From contig CANQOI010000003.1 in NCBI GenBank assembly GCA_947625435.1, positions 1,591-65,590 on the forward strand: 64,000 bases of DNA, given 5' to 3'. The translations under genes and the position numbers were made by a program. The notes beneath the pieces were generated by a model. That model saw nothing but the letters and a program-made list of their open reading frames with translations. It did not search any database and was not told where the DNA came from. Below, piece by piece: positions 40,165 to 50,410 of this stretch (positions within the stretch are counted from its first letter, which is position 1; every line of letters starts with the position of its first letter). The DNA is from an uncultured Clostridia bacterium (GTDB taxonomy: Bacteria; Bacillota; Clostridia; UBA1212; UBA1255).

Positions 40165-41361
40165 CTATACTAACCTGTTCATTGTTTCTATTATGCTCCC
40201 GTCTTTTATGTAAAGGCGCGGCACACGTCTCCCTACCGCGCATATGACTTCATAATTCACTGTCCCCGCGATCGATGCTATCTCATCTGCGTCCGGGACT
40301 CCTTCTCCTTTGCCGAACAGTATCACGGTATCTCCTACCGAAACCTCCCCGTGTTTTCCCGCGTCCGTTACGTCTATCATCATCTGATCCATGCATACTC
40401 TGCCTGTGATGCGCGCCCGCATGTGCGTTTTCTCATGGCACACGGAAGCGCCGTTTCCGAGTACTCTGAAATAGCCGTCCGCATACCCCGCCGGCACCGT
40501 GGCTATAAGCTTTCTTCCGTCTGACCGATATGTGCGGCCGTAGCTTATGAAACAGCCTTCTTCAACTGTTTTCAGGTATGAGATTGCCGATCTGAGCGTC
40601 ATGGCCGGCACGAGCTCCGTGCCCGCGCTCATTTTACGCACTTCCTCCGAGGGCCAGAGCCCGTACATTATTATACCGGCGCGCACCATGTCCATGTGCA
40701 TATCCGGAAAACGTATTATCGCGGCGCTGTTTGCGGCATGTCTGTAGGGCACGCGGCGCCCGGTCGCTTCTTCGATCAGTCTGCATGTTTCGCAAAATTC
40801 TCTGTATTGCATTTTCGTATATTCATCCGCGTCCTCCGTGCATTCGTCGGCGGAGGCGAAATGCGTAAAAATACCTTCTGTTTCTATTCCTTTGAGCGAC
40901 GCTATTTTTGCGGCCTCCGCAGGCGCGTTTTTACGCGTAAAACCTATACGCCCCATTCCCGTGTCTATTTTCAGGTGTATTTTTGCTTTTGTGTTCAGCC
41001 TTTCGGCGGCTTCCGACAGGGTGCGCGCCATTTCATACGAGTATACGGACTGCCTTATGTCGTTTTTAACGATCGCTTCAGCGTATTCCGGTTCATTGTC
41101 GCTCAGTATCAGTATGGGCGCGCTTATGCCTGCGTTCCTGAGCTCGAGCGCCTCCTCGAGCATTGACACTCCGAGCCATGATGCTCCGTTTTCGAGAGCT
41201 GTTTTCGCCGCCTGCACCGCTCCGTGCCCGTAAGCATCTGCCTTTACGACGCTCATCACGCACGCCGATCTTTCGGTCATTGCCCGTATCCTGCGCATAT
41301 TGAGGGCTATCGCGTCAAGATCTATTTCAGCCCACGTCCTGCGCGTATATTCACATCCCAT
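40165..41361 (-). CDS. alr: alanine racemase
   Basis: ...SVVKADAYGHGAVQAAKTALENGASWLGV... is the PLP-lysine motif. 398 aa. Conserved alr-mazEF synteny. Confidence 0.9.
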   Translation of the reverse strand: MGCEYTRRTWAEIDLDAIALNMRRIRAMTERSACVMSVVKADAYGHGAVQAAKTALENGASWLGVSMLEEALELRNAGISAPILILSDNEPEYAEAIVKNDIRQSVYSYEMARTLSEAAERLNTKAKIHLKIDTGMGRIGFTRKNAPAEAAKIASLKGIETEGIFTHFASADECTEDADEYTKMQYREFCETCRLIEEATGRRVPYRHAANSAAIIRFPDMHMDMVRAGIIMYGLWPSEEVRKMSAGTELVPAMTLRSAISYLKTVEEGCFISYGRTYRSDGRKLIATVPAGYADGYFRVLGNGASVCHEKTHMRARITGRVCMDQMMIDVTDAGKHGEVSVGDTVILFGKGEGVPDADEIASIAGTVNYEVICAVGRRVPRLYIKDGSIIETMNRLV

Positions 41362-42337
41362 ATCTGTGTACCTCTTTCAGCATTTCGATCAGATCTCCGG
41401 CAGTTACGGCTCTCTGACCGTATCTTTGCGCTGCGATATCTCCGCATAAGCCGTGTATGTACGCACCGCACCGTGCCATGTCGTACAGCGGCGTTCCCGA
41501 TCTGTCCGACGCCGCTATGCCCGCTATGATGCCTGCCAGAACATCTCCGCTTCCGCCCGTAGCCATTCCCGGATTACCGCTCGTGTTCACGTGGCATATT
41601 TTATCCCCCGTATGTAAAATCTCCGCTGTCAGCGTTCTGTTTCCTTTGAGCAGTGTCACGGCTCCCGTCATGCCGCAGGCCTTAAACGCGGCTTCTTCTC
41701 TGTTTTCGTTTATATATTTTATATTCATTCCGGTAAGGCGTGAAAGCTCCGCAGCGTGCGGCGTTATCACGAGACGCGCCCTGTTATCGGGCGCGCCGGA
41801 TACAAGGCCGCACGCGTACCTTTTTAGTGCAGCGCTGTCGCCCGTAAATGCATTCAGTCCGTCTGCATCGAGAACTACTGTCACTCCGCTTCCTTCAAGC
41901 TCCGAAAGCACCTCATACACGAACTGCTTTGTCTGTATGCGACGCCCTATTCCGGGGCCTATCACGGCGACGCTTTTGGCCGCCGCTCCCGCGCGCGCCC
42001 CTTCAAGATCGGCTCTTATCATATCTGCCGCGCGCGCCGCATGCTCTTCTGTAAAATATTCCGATTCTCTGTCAAGTTCTGTTTTGACTGCCTCCGGGCA
42101 GAGTATTTCGTACGTGCTCATGAGCTTCCCGGGTGCGAGCATATACACAAGCCCCGCTCCGGCCCTCAGCGCCGCTCTTGCACACATGACTGCGGCGCCG
42201 GTCATTCCGTATGAGCCCGCAAGAATATATACGCGGCCATAGTCGCCTTTATGAGTATCGGGCTTCCTGGCCGCATTGTAATAGGCAAGCATCTCTGCCT
42301 GTCCCGTATATTCCATGTCAGCGTCTTCTCCAATCAT
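41351..42337 (-). CDS. ADP-dependent NAD(P)H-hydrate dehydratase (YjeF C-terminal domain type)
   Basis: ...HKGDYGRVYILAGSYGMTGAAVMCARAALRAGAGLV... and ...GSGDVLAGIIAGI... are the dehydratase motifs. The start may be M8 (42316). Confidence 0.8.
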   Translation of the reverse strand: MIGEDADMEYTGQAEMLAYYNAARKPDTHKGDYGRVYILAGSYGMTGAAVMCARAALRAGAGLVYMLAPGKLMSTYEILCPEAVKTELDRESEYFTEEHAARAADMIRADLEGARAGAAAKSVAVIGPGIGRRIQTKQFVYEVLSELEGSGVTVVLDADGLNAFTGDSAALKRYACGLVSGAPDNRARLVITPHAAELSRLTGMNIKYINENREEAAFKACGMTGAVTLLKGNRTLTAEILHTGDKICHVNTSGNPGMATGGSGDVLAGIIAGIAASDRSGTPLYDMARCGAYIHGLCGDIAAQRYGQRAVTAGDLIEMLKEVHRYGM

Positions 42338-42791
42338 CTTCCGGATTTACATATGTCTGTTTTTTCTTTCTGAGCCAATGAACGATCCCTTCTATGATAA
42401 AGAAAAGACATACGAGAAATATTATGAGCATAAATGCTATCTGTCCGCCGCTGTTGCCTGTTCCGTCGGGCGTTGCATCGAATGCCTGCGCGTTGTCATC
42501 GTGTGGCGTGGGCGCAGGCGTTTCACCGTCTGAAGGCGACGGAACCGCATCCGTGCCTGATATTTCCTCCGTCGGTGATATGACAGACGGCGTTGTAACA
42601 GGGACTGTGCTGCCTTCGTCGGCGCTGTCATGCGCAGCAGACGGCGCCGCAGCCGCGATCGACGCGGAAACAGATGTCATTACAAGTGCGAATGCTATTA
42701 TGAACAGTATAAATATTTTACAGTATGATCTTCGCAAGGGATCACCGCTTTCTGAGATTATTGTGTGTATTTTACACGAATTTATTTGCAA
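42318..42791 (-). CDS. hypothetical bitopic membrane protein with a Pro/Thr/Ser/Asp-rich central linker
   Basis: 157-aa ORF with a signal-peptide-like N-region, the low-complexity stretch TVPVTTPSVISPTEEISGTDAVPSPSDGETPAPTP, and a C-terminal TM helix with a basic tail. Overlaps the ecfT stop. Confidence 0.4.
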   Translation of the reverse strand: MQINSCKIHTIISESGDPLRRSYCKIFILFIIAFALVMTSVSASIAAAAPSAAHDSADEGSTVPVTTPSVISPTEEISGTDAVPSPSDGETPAPTPHDDNAQAFDATPDGTGNSGGQIAFMLIIFLVCLFFIIEGIVHWLRKKKQTYVNPEDDWRRR

Positions 42792-43569
42792 TTACAACTG
42801 CGGCAAGCAGCGCGCAGGTTATCACGGACAGCACGGCATCTATATATGTGAATCTGAGCATCCTGTATTTCGTACGGCCTTCCCCGCCTCTGTAACACCT
42901 TGCATTCATTGCCATTGCGAGCTCATCGGCCTTTCTCCAGGCGCCCACGAACATAGGCACTATTATCGGTATATAGCTTTTTATTTTTTTTATTATATTT
43001 TTGCTGTCAAAATCGGCTCCCCGCGCTGTCTGAGCTTTTATTATACGTTCTGTTTCTTCCGAGAATGTTGGTATGAATCTGAGTGCGATGCTCATTATCA
43101 TGGCTATCTCATGCGCCGGAAAATGTATTTTTTTCAGCGGCGACATAAGACTTTCCAAGCCGTCCGTCATCATAACGGATGTTGTCGTATACGTGAGTAC
43201 GGACGATGCCAACACGAGCAATATCACTCTGAGCAGCATTTTCAGCGCAAAATACACTGATTCTTTATAAACGGTTATCTTCCAAAAGCTGACAAGCACC
43301 GTGGTGCCTCCGTAGAAAAAAATATTCAGCACGACGGTCATCGCCATCATTATGATGAGCGGTCTGAGGCTTCTGAGTATCTTGCATATATTTATATGCG
43401 CGCATATAAATGCTGCCGCCAGAAGGGCTGCGGATGCAATGTACGACACATAGCTTTTCGACATGAGCACCGCGACCATATAGACAAGTGTTAAAATAAA
43501 TTTTGTGCGCGGATCCGCTTTATGGAGCGCAGAGTTTCCGGGAACGTACTGTCCTATCGCTATCTTCAT
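42772..43569 (-). CDS. ecfT: ECF transporter transmembrane component
   Basis: MKIAIGQYVPGNSALHKADPRTKFILTL... is the CbiQ-family pattern. 4-nt overlap with ecfA2. Confidence 0.85.
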   Translation of the reverse strand: MKIAIGQYVPGNSALHKADPRTKFILTLVYMVAVLMSKSYVSYIASAALLAAAFICAHINICKILRSLRPLIIMMAMTVVLNIFFYGGTTVLVSFWKITVYKESVYFALKMLLRVILLVLASSVLTYTTTSVMMTDGLESLMSPLKKIHFPAHEIAMIMSIALRFIPTFSEETERIIKAQTARGADFDSKNIIKKIKSYIPIIVPMFVGAWRKADELAMAMNARCYRGGEGRTKYRMLRFTYIDAVLSVITCALLAAVVIANKFV

Positions 43570-44453
43570 TTTTCCGCCTCCGCCGCTTGTCCGCATGCGG
43601 TTCCTTTATCGATCACGCGCAGCACCTCGCACGCCGCTTCTTCCACTGTAAGTATGTCCCTGCGTATGCCTGCTTCGGGGAAACGTTCCGCAAGGCGGCT
43701 GAATACATCTGTCATCAGAGGTACATCAAGACATATTTCTCTGAGCCTTTTCACATTTTTGAATATTTCACGCGGCGTCCCCGTCATTTCGACGCCTCCG
43801 TCATTCATGACTATTATATTATCCGCAAGCTCCGCTATATCCTCCATGCTGTGTGACACAAGTATCACCGTCACTCCGTTTTTATCGCACAGATCTTTTG
43901 TGAGCTTCAATATCTCCTTCCTTCCCTCCGGATCAAGACCGGCGGCCGGTTCGTCGAGCACAAGTATGTCGGGATTCATTACCGTTATTCCCGCTATTGC
44001 CACGCGCCTTTTCTGTCCTCCCGAGAGCTCGTAAACAGATCTGTCAAGCGTATCATGCGTAAGTCCCGTTTTTCGTGCCGCATCTTCTACGCGCCTGCGT
44101 TCCTCTTCTTCGGTAAGCTTTTCGCCCCTCAGCCCGAAGGCTATATCACGGTAAACGGTTGATTCAAACAGCTGATATTCGGGATACTGGAAAACGAGTC
44201 CTACCTTTTTTCTCATTTCCTTCACATCGCTGCCTTCGGTAAGCTTCCCGTTTATATATATCTTGCCGCTGTCAGGGCGCAGAAGTCCGTTAAAATGCTG
44301 TATAAGTGTCGATTTGCCGCATCCCGTATGACCTATAATTCCCGTAAAAGTTCCCGCCTCTATCTGAAAGCTCACGTTATCCAGGGCTTTTTTCTCAAAC
44401 GGCGTTTTTTTCATATATGTGTATGATATGTTCTCAACCTTAAGTGCAGTCAT
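43566..44453 (-). CDS. ecfA2: ECF transporter ATPase A2
   Basis: The start MTALKVENISYTY... has a GAGGTG SD. GHTGCGKST is the Walker A, LSGGQKRRVAIA the signature, and ILVLDEPAAGLD the Walker B. Confidence 0.85.
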   Translation of the reverse strand: MTALKVENISYTYMKKTPFEKKALDNVSFQIEAGTFTGIIGHTGCGKSTLIQHFNGLLRPDSGKIYINGKLTEGSDVKEMRKKVGLVFQYPEYQLFESTVYRDIAFGLRGEKLTEEEERRRVEDAARKTGLTHDTLDRSVYELSGGQKRRVAIAGITVMNPDILVLDEPAAGLDPEGRKEILKLTKDLCDKNGVTVILVSHSMEDIAELADNIIVMNDGGVEMTGTPREIFKNVKRLREICLDVPLMTDVFSRLAERFPEAGIRRDILTVEEAACEVLRVIDKGTACGQAAEAEK

Positions 44454-44463
44454 ACGCATCACC

Positions 44464-45339
44464 TCACGCAAAGCTTTCCCCGGTAAAATGCAAGTCAGAC
44501 AGCAGTTCCGACAATGCTTCGAAGCATTCATCGCCGGTCAATACCGTGCCGCGTACAGGAACACCCTTATCTCTTAATACCTCTGCCAGCTCCGCTGCCT
44601 TAGGCAATTCAAGACCGGCTTCTTCCACAAGCCTTCTGTTCCTGAAAAGCTCTGACGGAGCCGTATCGGCAATGATTTTACCGCTTTCGATCAATATGAC
44701 CCTGTCTGCGCAGCATACCTCTTCCATATGGTGTGTTATATCGACTATCGTTATGCCGTTTTCTTTATTGAGTCTGTGCGCGAGCTCCATGACCTCTCTG
44801 CGCCCGGACGGATCCAGCATGGCCGTAGCTTCGTCAAATACGATACACTCCGGCCGCATGGCAGTTATTCCGGCTATCGCGCATCTTTGTTTCTGCCCTC
44901 CTGACAGTAAATGAGGCTGCGTACTTCTTTCTTTTTCAAGCCTCACAGTCAGAAGCGCTCTGTCAATTCTCTCATGCATTTCATCACGCGAAAGTCCGAT
45001 ATTCTCAAGTCCGAATGCTATATCATCTTCTACTGTGGCTCCTACGATCTGACTGTCCGGATTCTGGAATACCATGCCTACCGTTCTTCTTATATCCCAC
45101 ACTTCAGATTCATCCGATGTATCTTTGCCGTTTACATATACTTTACCGTATGTGGGTATAAGAAGTGCATTCATCAGTTTCGCGAGAGTGGATTTACCGG
45201 AACCGTTTCTTCCTGCTATCGCCGTGAATTCACCTTTTTTTATTGTTAAATCCGCGTTTTCTATTGCATATTTTATATTATCCGCGTCACTCGTATAGCT
45301 GTACGAAACATTTTCAAATCTGATAAAATCATCCGTCAT
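44464..45339 (-). CDS. ecfA1: ECF transporter ATPase A1
   Basis: The start MTDDFIRFENVSYSY is at 45339. GRNGSGKST, LSGGQKQRCAIAG, IVFDEATAMLD. Confidence 0.8.
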   Translation of the reverse strand: MTDDFIRFENVSYSYTSDADNIKYAIENADLTIKKGEFTAIAGRNGSGKSTLAKLMNALLIPTYGKVYVNGKDTSDESEVWDIRRTVGMVFQNPDSQIVGATVEDDIAFGLENIGLSRDEMHERIDRALLTVRLEKERSTQPHLLSGGQKQRCAIAGITAMRPECIVFDEATAMLDPSGRREVMELAHRLNKENGITIVDITHHMEEVCCADRVILIESGKIIADTAPSELFRNRRLVEEAGLELPKAAELAEVLRDKGVPVRGTVLTGDECFEALSELLSDLHFTGESFA

Positions 45340-45377
45340 TGCCGTGCTTACCCCAAAAATATTTATGTGCCTTGTCA

Positions 45378-45413
45378 AAAGCGGGAACCATCAGTAAAGA
45401 CGGTCCCCGCTTT
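45378..45413 (-). terminator. hairpin terminator after rplQ (end of the alpha operon)
   Basis: AAAGCGGG-20 nt loop-CCCGCTTT. On the minus strand the stem runs into UUUUGAC. Confidence 0.4.
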
Positions 45414-45463
45414 AAAATCTCTTAATATTTACCTGCTCACATCATATGCATCATGCAATATGG

Positions 45464-45988
45464 TCATACAAGCTCGATTATGGCCATCGGCGCAGCATCG
45501 CCGCGTCTTGCACCGGTCTTGTATATACGTGTATAACCGCCCTTGCGTTCCTTATATTTCGGAGCTATCTCATCAAAGAGTTTGTTGACAACGTTTACAT
45601 TATTGCCTTCGACATCTTTTACTTTATACACCCACTCGATCACCTGTTTTCTGGCAGCAAGTCTCGACGGATTATCTATACGCACAAGCTCCGTCTTGAT
45701 CTCACGGTCAGCAAACTTTGTATATTTCTTACCGTTTTTGGATGTAACGACTGTCGTATTTCGCTTACCCTTTGAATCTGTAGGTACCTTACTGACTTTA
45801 GCCTGCTTCGTTGTGAAATTATCGGCTTCACGCACAGCTTTGGCTATTATTCTTTCTGCAATACTCTGCACTTCTTTTGCTCTTGTCTCCGTTGTTACAA
45901 CAGAGCCGTTCTGCAAAAGTGCCGTAACAAGACCTCTGAGCATTGCCTTTCTTTGGTCCGATGTCCGGCCAAGCTTTCTATATGCCAT
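45464..45988 (-). CDS. rplQ: 50S ribosomal protein L17 (with internal insertion)
   Basis: [40 protein letters not shown]... 174 aa. Confidence 0.9.
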   Translation of the reverse strand: MAYRKLGRTSDQRKAMLRGLVTALLQNGSVVTTETRAKEVQSIAERIIAKAVREADNFTTKQAKVSKVPTDSKGKRNTTVVTSKNGKKYTKFADREIKTELVRIDNPSRLAARKQVIEWVYKVKDVEGNNVNVVNKLFDEIAPKYKERKGGYTRIYKTGARRGDAAPMAIIELV

Positions 45989-46030
45989 TTCAATTATCCT
46001 CCTGTCTAATACTGTTATCGCGTATGAACA

Positions 46031-46990
46031 TCATACATCATCTTTTTTGAGAGAGAGTCCCAGTGATTCCAGCTTTTGAATTACCTCTTCAAGAGACTTT
46101 CTTCCGAGATTCCGAACCTTCATCATTTCTTCTTCCGTCTTGTCTGCAAGGTCGCCTACTGTATTTACCGCAGCACGCTTAAGACAATTGTAAGAACGCA
46201 CTGAAAGATCCAGATCTTCAATATTCATCTCCAATACTTTTTCGGTCTTACAAGGATTGTCCTTCTCGATAACAACCGGCTTTTCTTCTTCCTCTTCATC
46301 AAGATTCAGGAAGAGAGAGAAATGATCTATCAATATTTTTGCACTCTCACTGATAGCCTCTTTAGGAGTCAGCGCACCGTTTGTCCAGACCTCGATCGTG
46401 AGCTTGTCATAGTCCGTAACATTGCCGACACGCGTATTCTCCACCTGATAATTCGCCTTTTTTATAGGTGAGAAAAGCGAATCTACGGGAATTACGCTGA
46501 AAGGCATATTCGGGGTTTTATTCTTGTCTGCAGATCTCCATCCTCTTGACGTGCCGACTTCGATCTCAACGGAAAATTCAGCATCGCCGTTAAGCGTCGC
46601 TATATGCTGTTCCGGATTCAGAACCTCTATATCGGAATCGCATATAATATCGGCAGCTGTAACCTCACCTTTGTCCGATTTGTTTATCATCACGACTTTA
46701 GTCACATCCGGGTCGTCATCATAAATCTTAAATGCAACAGACTTTATATTTAATATAATCTCCGTAACATCTTCTACGACACCGGGTATTGCAGTAAATT
46801 CATGACACGCGCCCTTAACTTTAATACTGGTAGCGGCCGAACCGGGCAAAGACGAAAGAAGAATTCTCCTGAGTGAATTTCCTAACGTAGTTCCGTATCC
46901 TCTTTCAAGGGGTTCTATGACGAATTTTCCGTATCTTTCGGATTCGTCTGTTTCCACGCATTCTATCCTCGGCTTTTCAATTTCAATCAC
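46031..46990 (-). CDS. rpoA: DNA-directed RNA polymerase subunit alpha
   Basis: [50 protein letters not shown]... 319 aa. Confidence 0.95.
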   Translation of the reverse strand: MIEIEKPRIECVETDESERYGKFVIEPLERGYGTTLGNSLRRILLSSLPGSAATSIKVKGACHEFTAIPGVVEDVTEIILNIKSVAFKIYDDDPDVTKVVMINKSDKGEVTAADIICDSDIEVLNPEQHIATLNGDAEFSVEIEVGTSRGWRSADKNKTPNMPFSVIPVDSLFSPIKKANYQVENTRVGNVTDYDKLTIEVWTNGALTPKEAISESAKILIDHFSLFLNLDEEEEEKPVVIEKDNPCKTEKVLEMNIEDLDLSVRSYNCLKRAAVNTVGDLADKTEEEMMKVRNLGRKSLEEVIQKLESLGLSLKKDDV

Positions 46991-47028
46991 GGTAATCCCT
47001 CCTTAGACTTCCGATACACTCAACGAAA

Positions 47029-47661
47029 TTACTTACTGTACAACTCAACGATCAAGTGCTCCTGTATCGGCAGATCAATGTCTTCACGTTTCGGAATCGC
47101 AAGCACTGTGCCTTCCATCGTCTCTTCATTTAACGAAAGCCACTCCGGTCTTGTACGTCCTCCCGTTACCTCAAGTATCTGTCCTATTCTTTCATTCGAC
47201 CTGCTCTTCTGGCATACAGCGATCACGTCATTTGCGGATACGAGATAGGACGGAATATTAACCCGCTTTCCGTTTACCGTAAAATGTCCGTGCAATACCA
47301 GCTGTCTCGCTTCGGCTCTCGATGTTCCGAGTCCGAGGCGGTATGCCACATTGTCAAGTCTTCTTTCAAGAAGAGTAAGCAGATTTTCACCCGTAACGCC
47401 CTTCTTTTTATTGGCAAGCTCATAATATGTGTGGAACTGCTTTTCAAGCAGACCGTAATATCTCTTTACCTTTTGCTTTTCTCTGAGCTGCAAACAATAC
47501 TCAGACTGTTTCTTCCTTCCCTGTCCGTGCTGTCCGGGAGCATACGCTCTCTTGGGCTTAGACACGGGGCATTTTTCTGTATAACACTTTGTGCCTTTGA
47601 GAAAAAGCTTTTCACCCTCTCTTCTGCAAAGTCTGCACGATGCGTCATTATATCTCGCCAT
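47029..47661 (-). CDS. rpsD: 30S ribosomal protein S4
   Basis: The start [23 protein letters not shown]... is at 47661, with a GGAGGTG SD 8 nt upstream. The upstream ORF extension lacks an SD. Confidence 0.9.
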   Translation of the reverse strand: MARYNDASCRLCRREGEKLFLKGTKCYTEKCPVSKPKRAYAPGQHGQGRKKQSEYCLQLREKQKVKRYYGLLEKQFHTYYELANKKKGVTGENLLTLLERRLDNVAYRLGLGTSRAEARQLVLHGHFTVNGKRVNIPSYLVSANDVIAVCQKSRSNERIGQILEVTGGRTRPEWLSLNEETMEGTVLAIPKREDIDLPIQEHLIVELYSK

Positions 47662-47678
47662 CTGATTACACCTCCGAA

Positions 47679-48077
47679 TTAAACTCTTCTTCTCTTGGGC
47701 GGCCTGCATCCGTTGTGCGGTATCGGGGTCTCGTCCTTAATGAGAGTAACGTCAAGTCCTGCAACCTGCAGTGCTCGTATAGCTGACTCTCTACCTGCTC
47801 CGGGACCTCTTACATATACTTCAACAGATTTAAGTCCGTGTTCCATCGCTGCCTTTGCTGCAGTCTCTGCGGCTGACTGTGCCGCAAACGGCGTACTCTT
47901 TTTTGAACCTCTGAATCCGAGTCCGCCCGCACTTGCCCATGAGATCGCGTTTCCGGATTTATCTGTTATTGTTACGATCGTATTATTAAAAGTGGAACGA
48001 ATATGTGCCTGACCGTATTCAATGTATTTACGTTCTTTTCTCTTACCTTTGACAGTCCTTTTGGTCTTAACAGCCAT
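47679..48077 (-). CDS. rpsK: 30S ribosomal protein S11
   Basis: [39 protein letters not shown]... Confidence 0.9.
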   Translation of the reverse strand: MAVKTKRTVKGKRKERKYIEYGQAHIRSTFNNTIVTITDKSGNAISWASAGGLGFRGSKKSTPFAAQSAAETAAKAAMEHGLKSVEVYVRGPGAGRESAIRALQVAGLDVTLIKDETPIPHNGCRPPKRRRV

Positions 48078-48089
48078 AATCAAACCTCC

Positions 48090-48458
48090 TTATTTCTTCT
48101 TGCCTGCTACAGTTTTGCTCGGGCCTTTTCTCGTACGGGCATTGGTCTTAGTCCTCTGTCCTCTTACCGGAAGTCCCATCTTATGGCGTCTGCCCCTGTA
48201 GCAGCCAATTTCCATCAGACGTTTGATATTGAGTGAAACCTCTCTGCGTACGTCTCCCTCAACTACATATTCTCTGTCTATTATATCTCTCAACTTTCCG
48301 ACCTCGTCGTCAGTCAGATCTCTGACTCTTGTATCCGGATTGATACCGGTTTTGGAAAGTATCTCATTTGATTTTGATCTGCCTATACCGTAAATGTATG
48401 TCAGTCCGATCTCTACACGTTTTTCTCTCGGCAAGTCCACACCTGCAATTCGAGCCAT
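48090..48458 (-). CDS. rpsM: 30S ribosomal protein S13
   Basis: [26 protein letters not shown]... Confidence 0.9.
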   Translation of the reverse strand: MARIAGVDLPREKRVEIGLTYIYGIGRSKSNEILSKTGINPDTRVRDLTDDEVGKLRDIIDREYVVEGDVRREVSLNIKRLMEIGCYRGRRHKMGLPVRGQRTKTNARTRKGPSKTVAGKKK

Positions 48459-48607
48459 TCGCAAAAACACCTCCGTAAAATGTTCATTCTAATTTTTGCT
48501 TTATAGTAAATAAAATATATATCAACATTCCGAAGCTCATGTTATACATGCAGCCGCACTCCGAAACGATAATGATCTATGCTTCTCAAAGAGAAGCAGT
48601 ACAACAC

Positions 48608-48724
48608 TTATCCTTGCTTTTGCTTGTGCTTCGGATAAGCATCACATATAACCATCACTTTACCTTTTCTCTTTATAACCTTGCATTTATCGCATATCGG
48701 CTTTACTGACGGTCTTACTTTCAT
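48608..48724 (-). CDS. rpmJ: 50S ribosomal protein L36 (zinc-binding C3H form)
   Basis: Not in the ORF track (38 aa). Manual translation gives [38 protein letters not shown] with a stop. Confidence 0.85.
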   Translation of the reverse strand: MKVRPSVKPICDKCKVIKRKGKVMVICDAYPKHKQKQG

Positions 48725-48738
48725 GGCACAAACCTCCT

Positions 48739-48954
48739 TCACTTTCTCCATACGATCCGACCGCGATCGAGATCATACGGTGACAATTCCAGGGTGACAT
48801 GGTCACCCTTAACTATCTTGATATAATTAGTCCTGAGCTTACCGGATATATGAGCGATCACTATATGTCCGTTGGCAAGCTCAACCTTAAAAACACAGTT
48901 CGGAAGCACTTCGGCTATAACGCCTTCAACTTCAATCAGGTCTTCTTTAGACAA
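48739..48954 (-). CDS. infA: translation initiation factor IF-1
   Basis: [41 protein letters not shown]... 71 aa. Confidence 0.95.
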   Translation of the reverse strand: MSKEDLIEVEGVIAEVLPNCVFKVELANGHIVIAHISGKLRTNYIKIVKGDHVTLELSPYDLDRGRIVWRK

Positions 48955-48974
48955 GCTTTCATCCTCCCTAAATC

Positions 48975-49736
48975 CTAAATCGTTAAGATCTGAGGCTCAT
49001 CATCCGTCACGATAACAGTGTTCTCATAATGTGCGGACAATTTGCCGTCTTTTGTATATACAGTCCACTTGTTCGCAGCGATCTTCACTGCATACGAGCC
49101 TTCGTTGATCATCGGCTCTATGGCAAGCGCCATTCCTGCGACAAGACGGTGACCGCGCCTGTTTGTGCGAAAATTCGGTATCTCCGGATCCTCATGCAGA
49201 TCACGGCCGACACCATGACCTGTATAATCGCGAACAACAGAATAACCAAACGATTCTGCATAGTCCTGAATGGCTCCTGATATATCGGATATGCGACAAT
49301 TCGGCTTAACGAATTTCAGTCCTTCAAAAAAGCTCTGCCGAGTCACATCGATGAGCTTTCTCGCTTCTGCGGAAATGCTGCCTACCGGGAAGGTCCTCGC
49401 AGCATCACTGTGAAATCCTTCGTAATAGACACCCGCATCAATACTTACAATATCGCCGTTTCTGAGTTTTCGCTCATCCGGTATACCGTGGATCACTTCA
49501 CTGTTTACAGAGGCACATATCGCTCCGGGGAATTTAATTCCGCCGTAATAATTGGGAACTCCCAGGAAAGACGGCGAAGCGCCACTCTTTATTATATATT
49601 CTGAAGCAATTCTGTCAAGTTCTTTTGTCGTTATACCCGGTAAAATATTCTCTTCTATCTTCCTCAGCACTTCTGATAATATCTTACCCGAATCCCGCAT
49701 CTTTTCTATTTCGGATTTTGATTTTATATTTATCAT
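48975..49736 (-). CDS. map: type I methionine aminopeptidase
   Basis: ...[20 protein letters not shown]...HGVGRDLHE... are the metal-ligand motifs. 253 aa. Confidence 0.9.
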   Translation of the reverse strand: MINIKSKSEIEKMRDSGKILSEVLRKIEENILPGITTKELDRIASEYIIKSGASPSFLGVPNYYGGIKFPGAICASVNSEVIHGIPDERKLRNGDIVSIDAGVYYEGFHSDAARTFPVGSISAEARKLIDVTRQSFFEGLKFVKPNCRISDISGAIQDYAESFGYSVVRDYTGHGVGRDLHEDPEIPNFRTNRRGHRLVAGMALAIEPMINEGSYAVKIAANKWTVYTKDGKLSAHYENTVIVTDDEPQILTI

Positions 49737-49742
49737 AACAAA

Positions 49743-50390
49743 TCAAATACCTTTCAGACCGAGAGCGTACAATGTATTCTGTAAGGATTCGGAAATAGAA
49801 TTCTCACTGCGTACATTAAGAAGCTTTCCCCTGTGTCTGTAAAATTCCACGAGCGGTTCCGTTGTTTTGTGGTATTCCTCGATCCTATGCCTGATCACAT
49901 CTGCCCTGTCATCATTACGCTGAACAAGCTGTGAACCGCATTTACACATATTCCCTTCAGCCGGATTGAATTTCAGATGATAAGTATCTCCGCAAGCAGG
50001 ACAAACTCTTCTGTAGGAAAGGCGTTCAACGATTATGTCATCATCTACGACGATATTTATTATCCAATCGATCTTACGCCCGGATTCCCCGAGCATCCTT
50101 TCAAGCGCTTCCGCCTGAGGGATAGAACGGGGAAATCCGTCTAATATAAAGCCTTTATCGCAATCTGCCTGTGACAGACGATCTCTGACGATACCGATCG
50201 TTATTTCATCGGGAACAAGCTCTCCCTTTGAAATATATGAATTCGCTATCGCTCCGAGTTCAGTATTACGCTTGATATTATCTCTGAAAATATCACCGGT
50301 GGAGATGTGAGGAATCTGCAATATTTTTGAAAGTTCAAATGCCTGCGTGCCTTTGCCGGCTCCCGGCGCTCCCAATAATATTAAATTCAT
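49743..50390 (-). CDS. adk: adenylate kinase
   Basis: The start MNLILLGAPGAGKGTQA is at 50390. Zn-lid Cys motifs CPACG...CKCG. Confidence 0.9.
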   Translation of the reverse strand: MNLILLGAPGAGKGTQAFELSKILQIPHISTGDIFRDNIKRNTELGAIANSYISKGELVPDEITIGIVRDRLSQADCDKGFILDGFPRSIPQAEALERMLGESGRKIDWIINIVVDDDIIVERLSYRRVCPACGDTYHLKFNPAEGNMCKCGSQLVQRNDDRADVIRHRIEEYHKTTEPLVEFYRHRGKLLNVRSENSISESLQNTLYALGLKGI

Positions 50391-50410
50391 CATAACCTCC
50401 GACAGACCGA

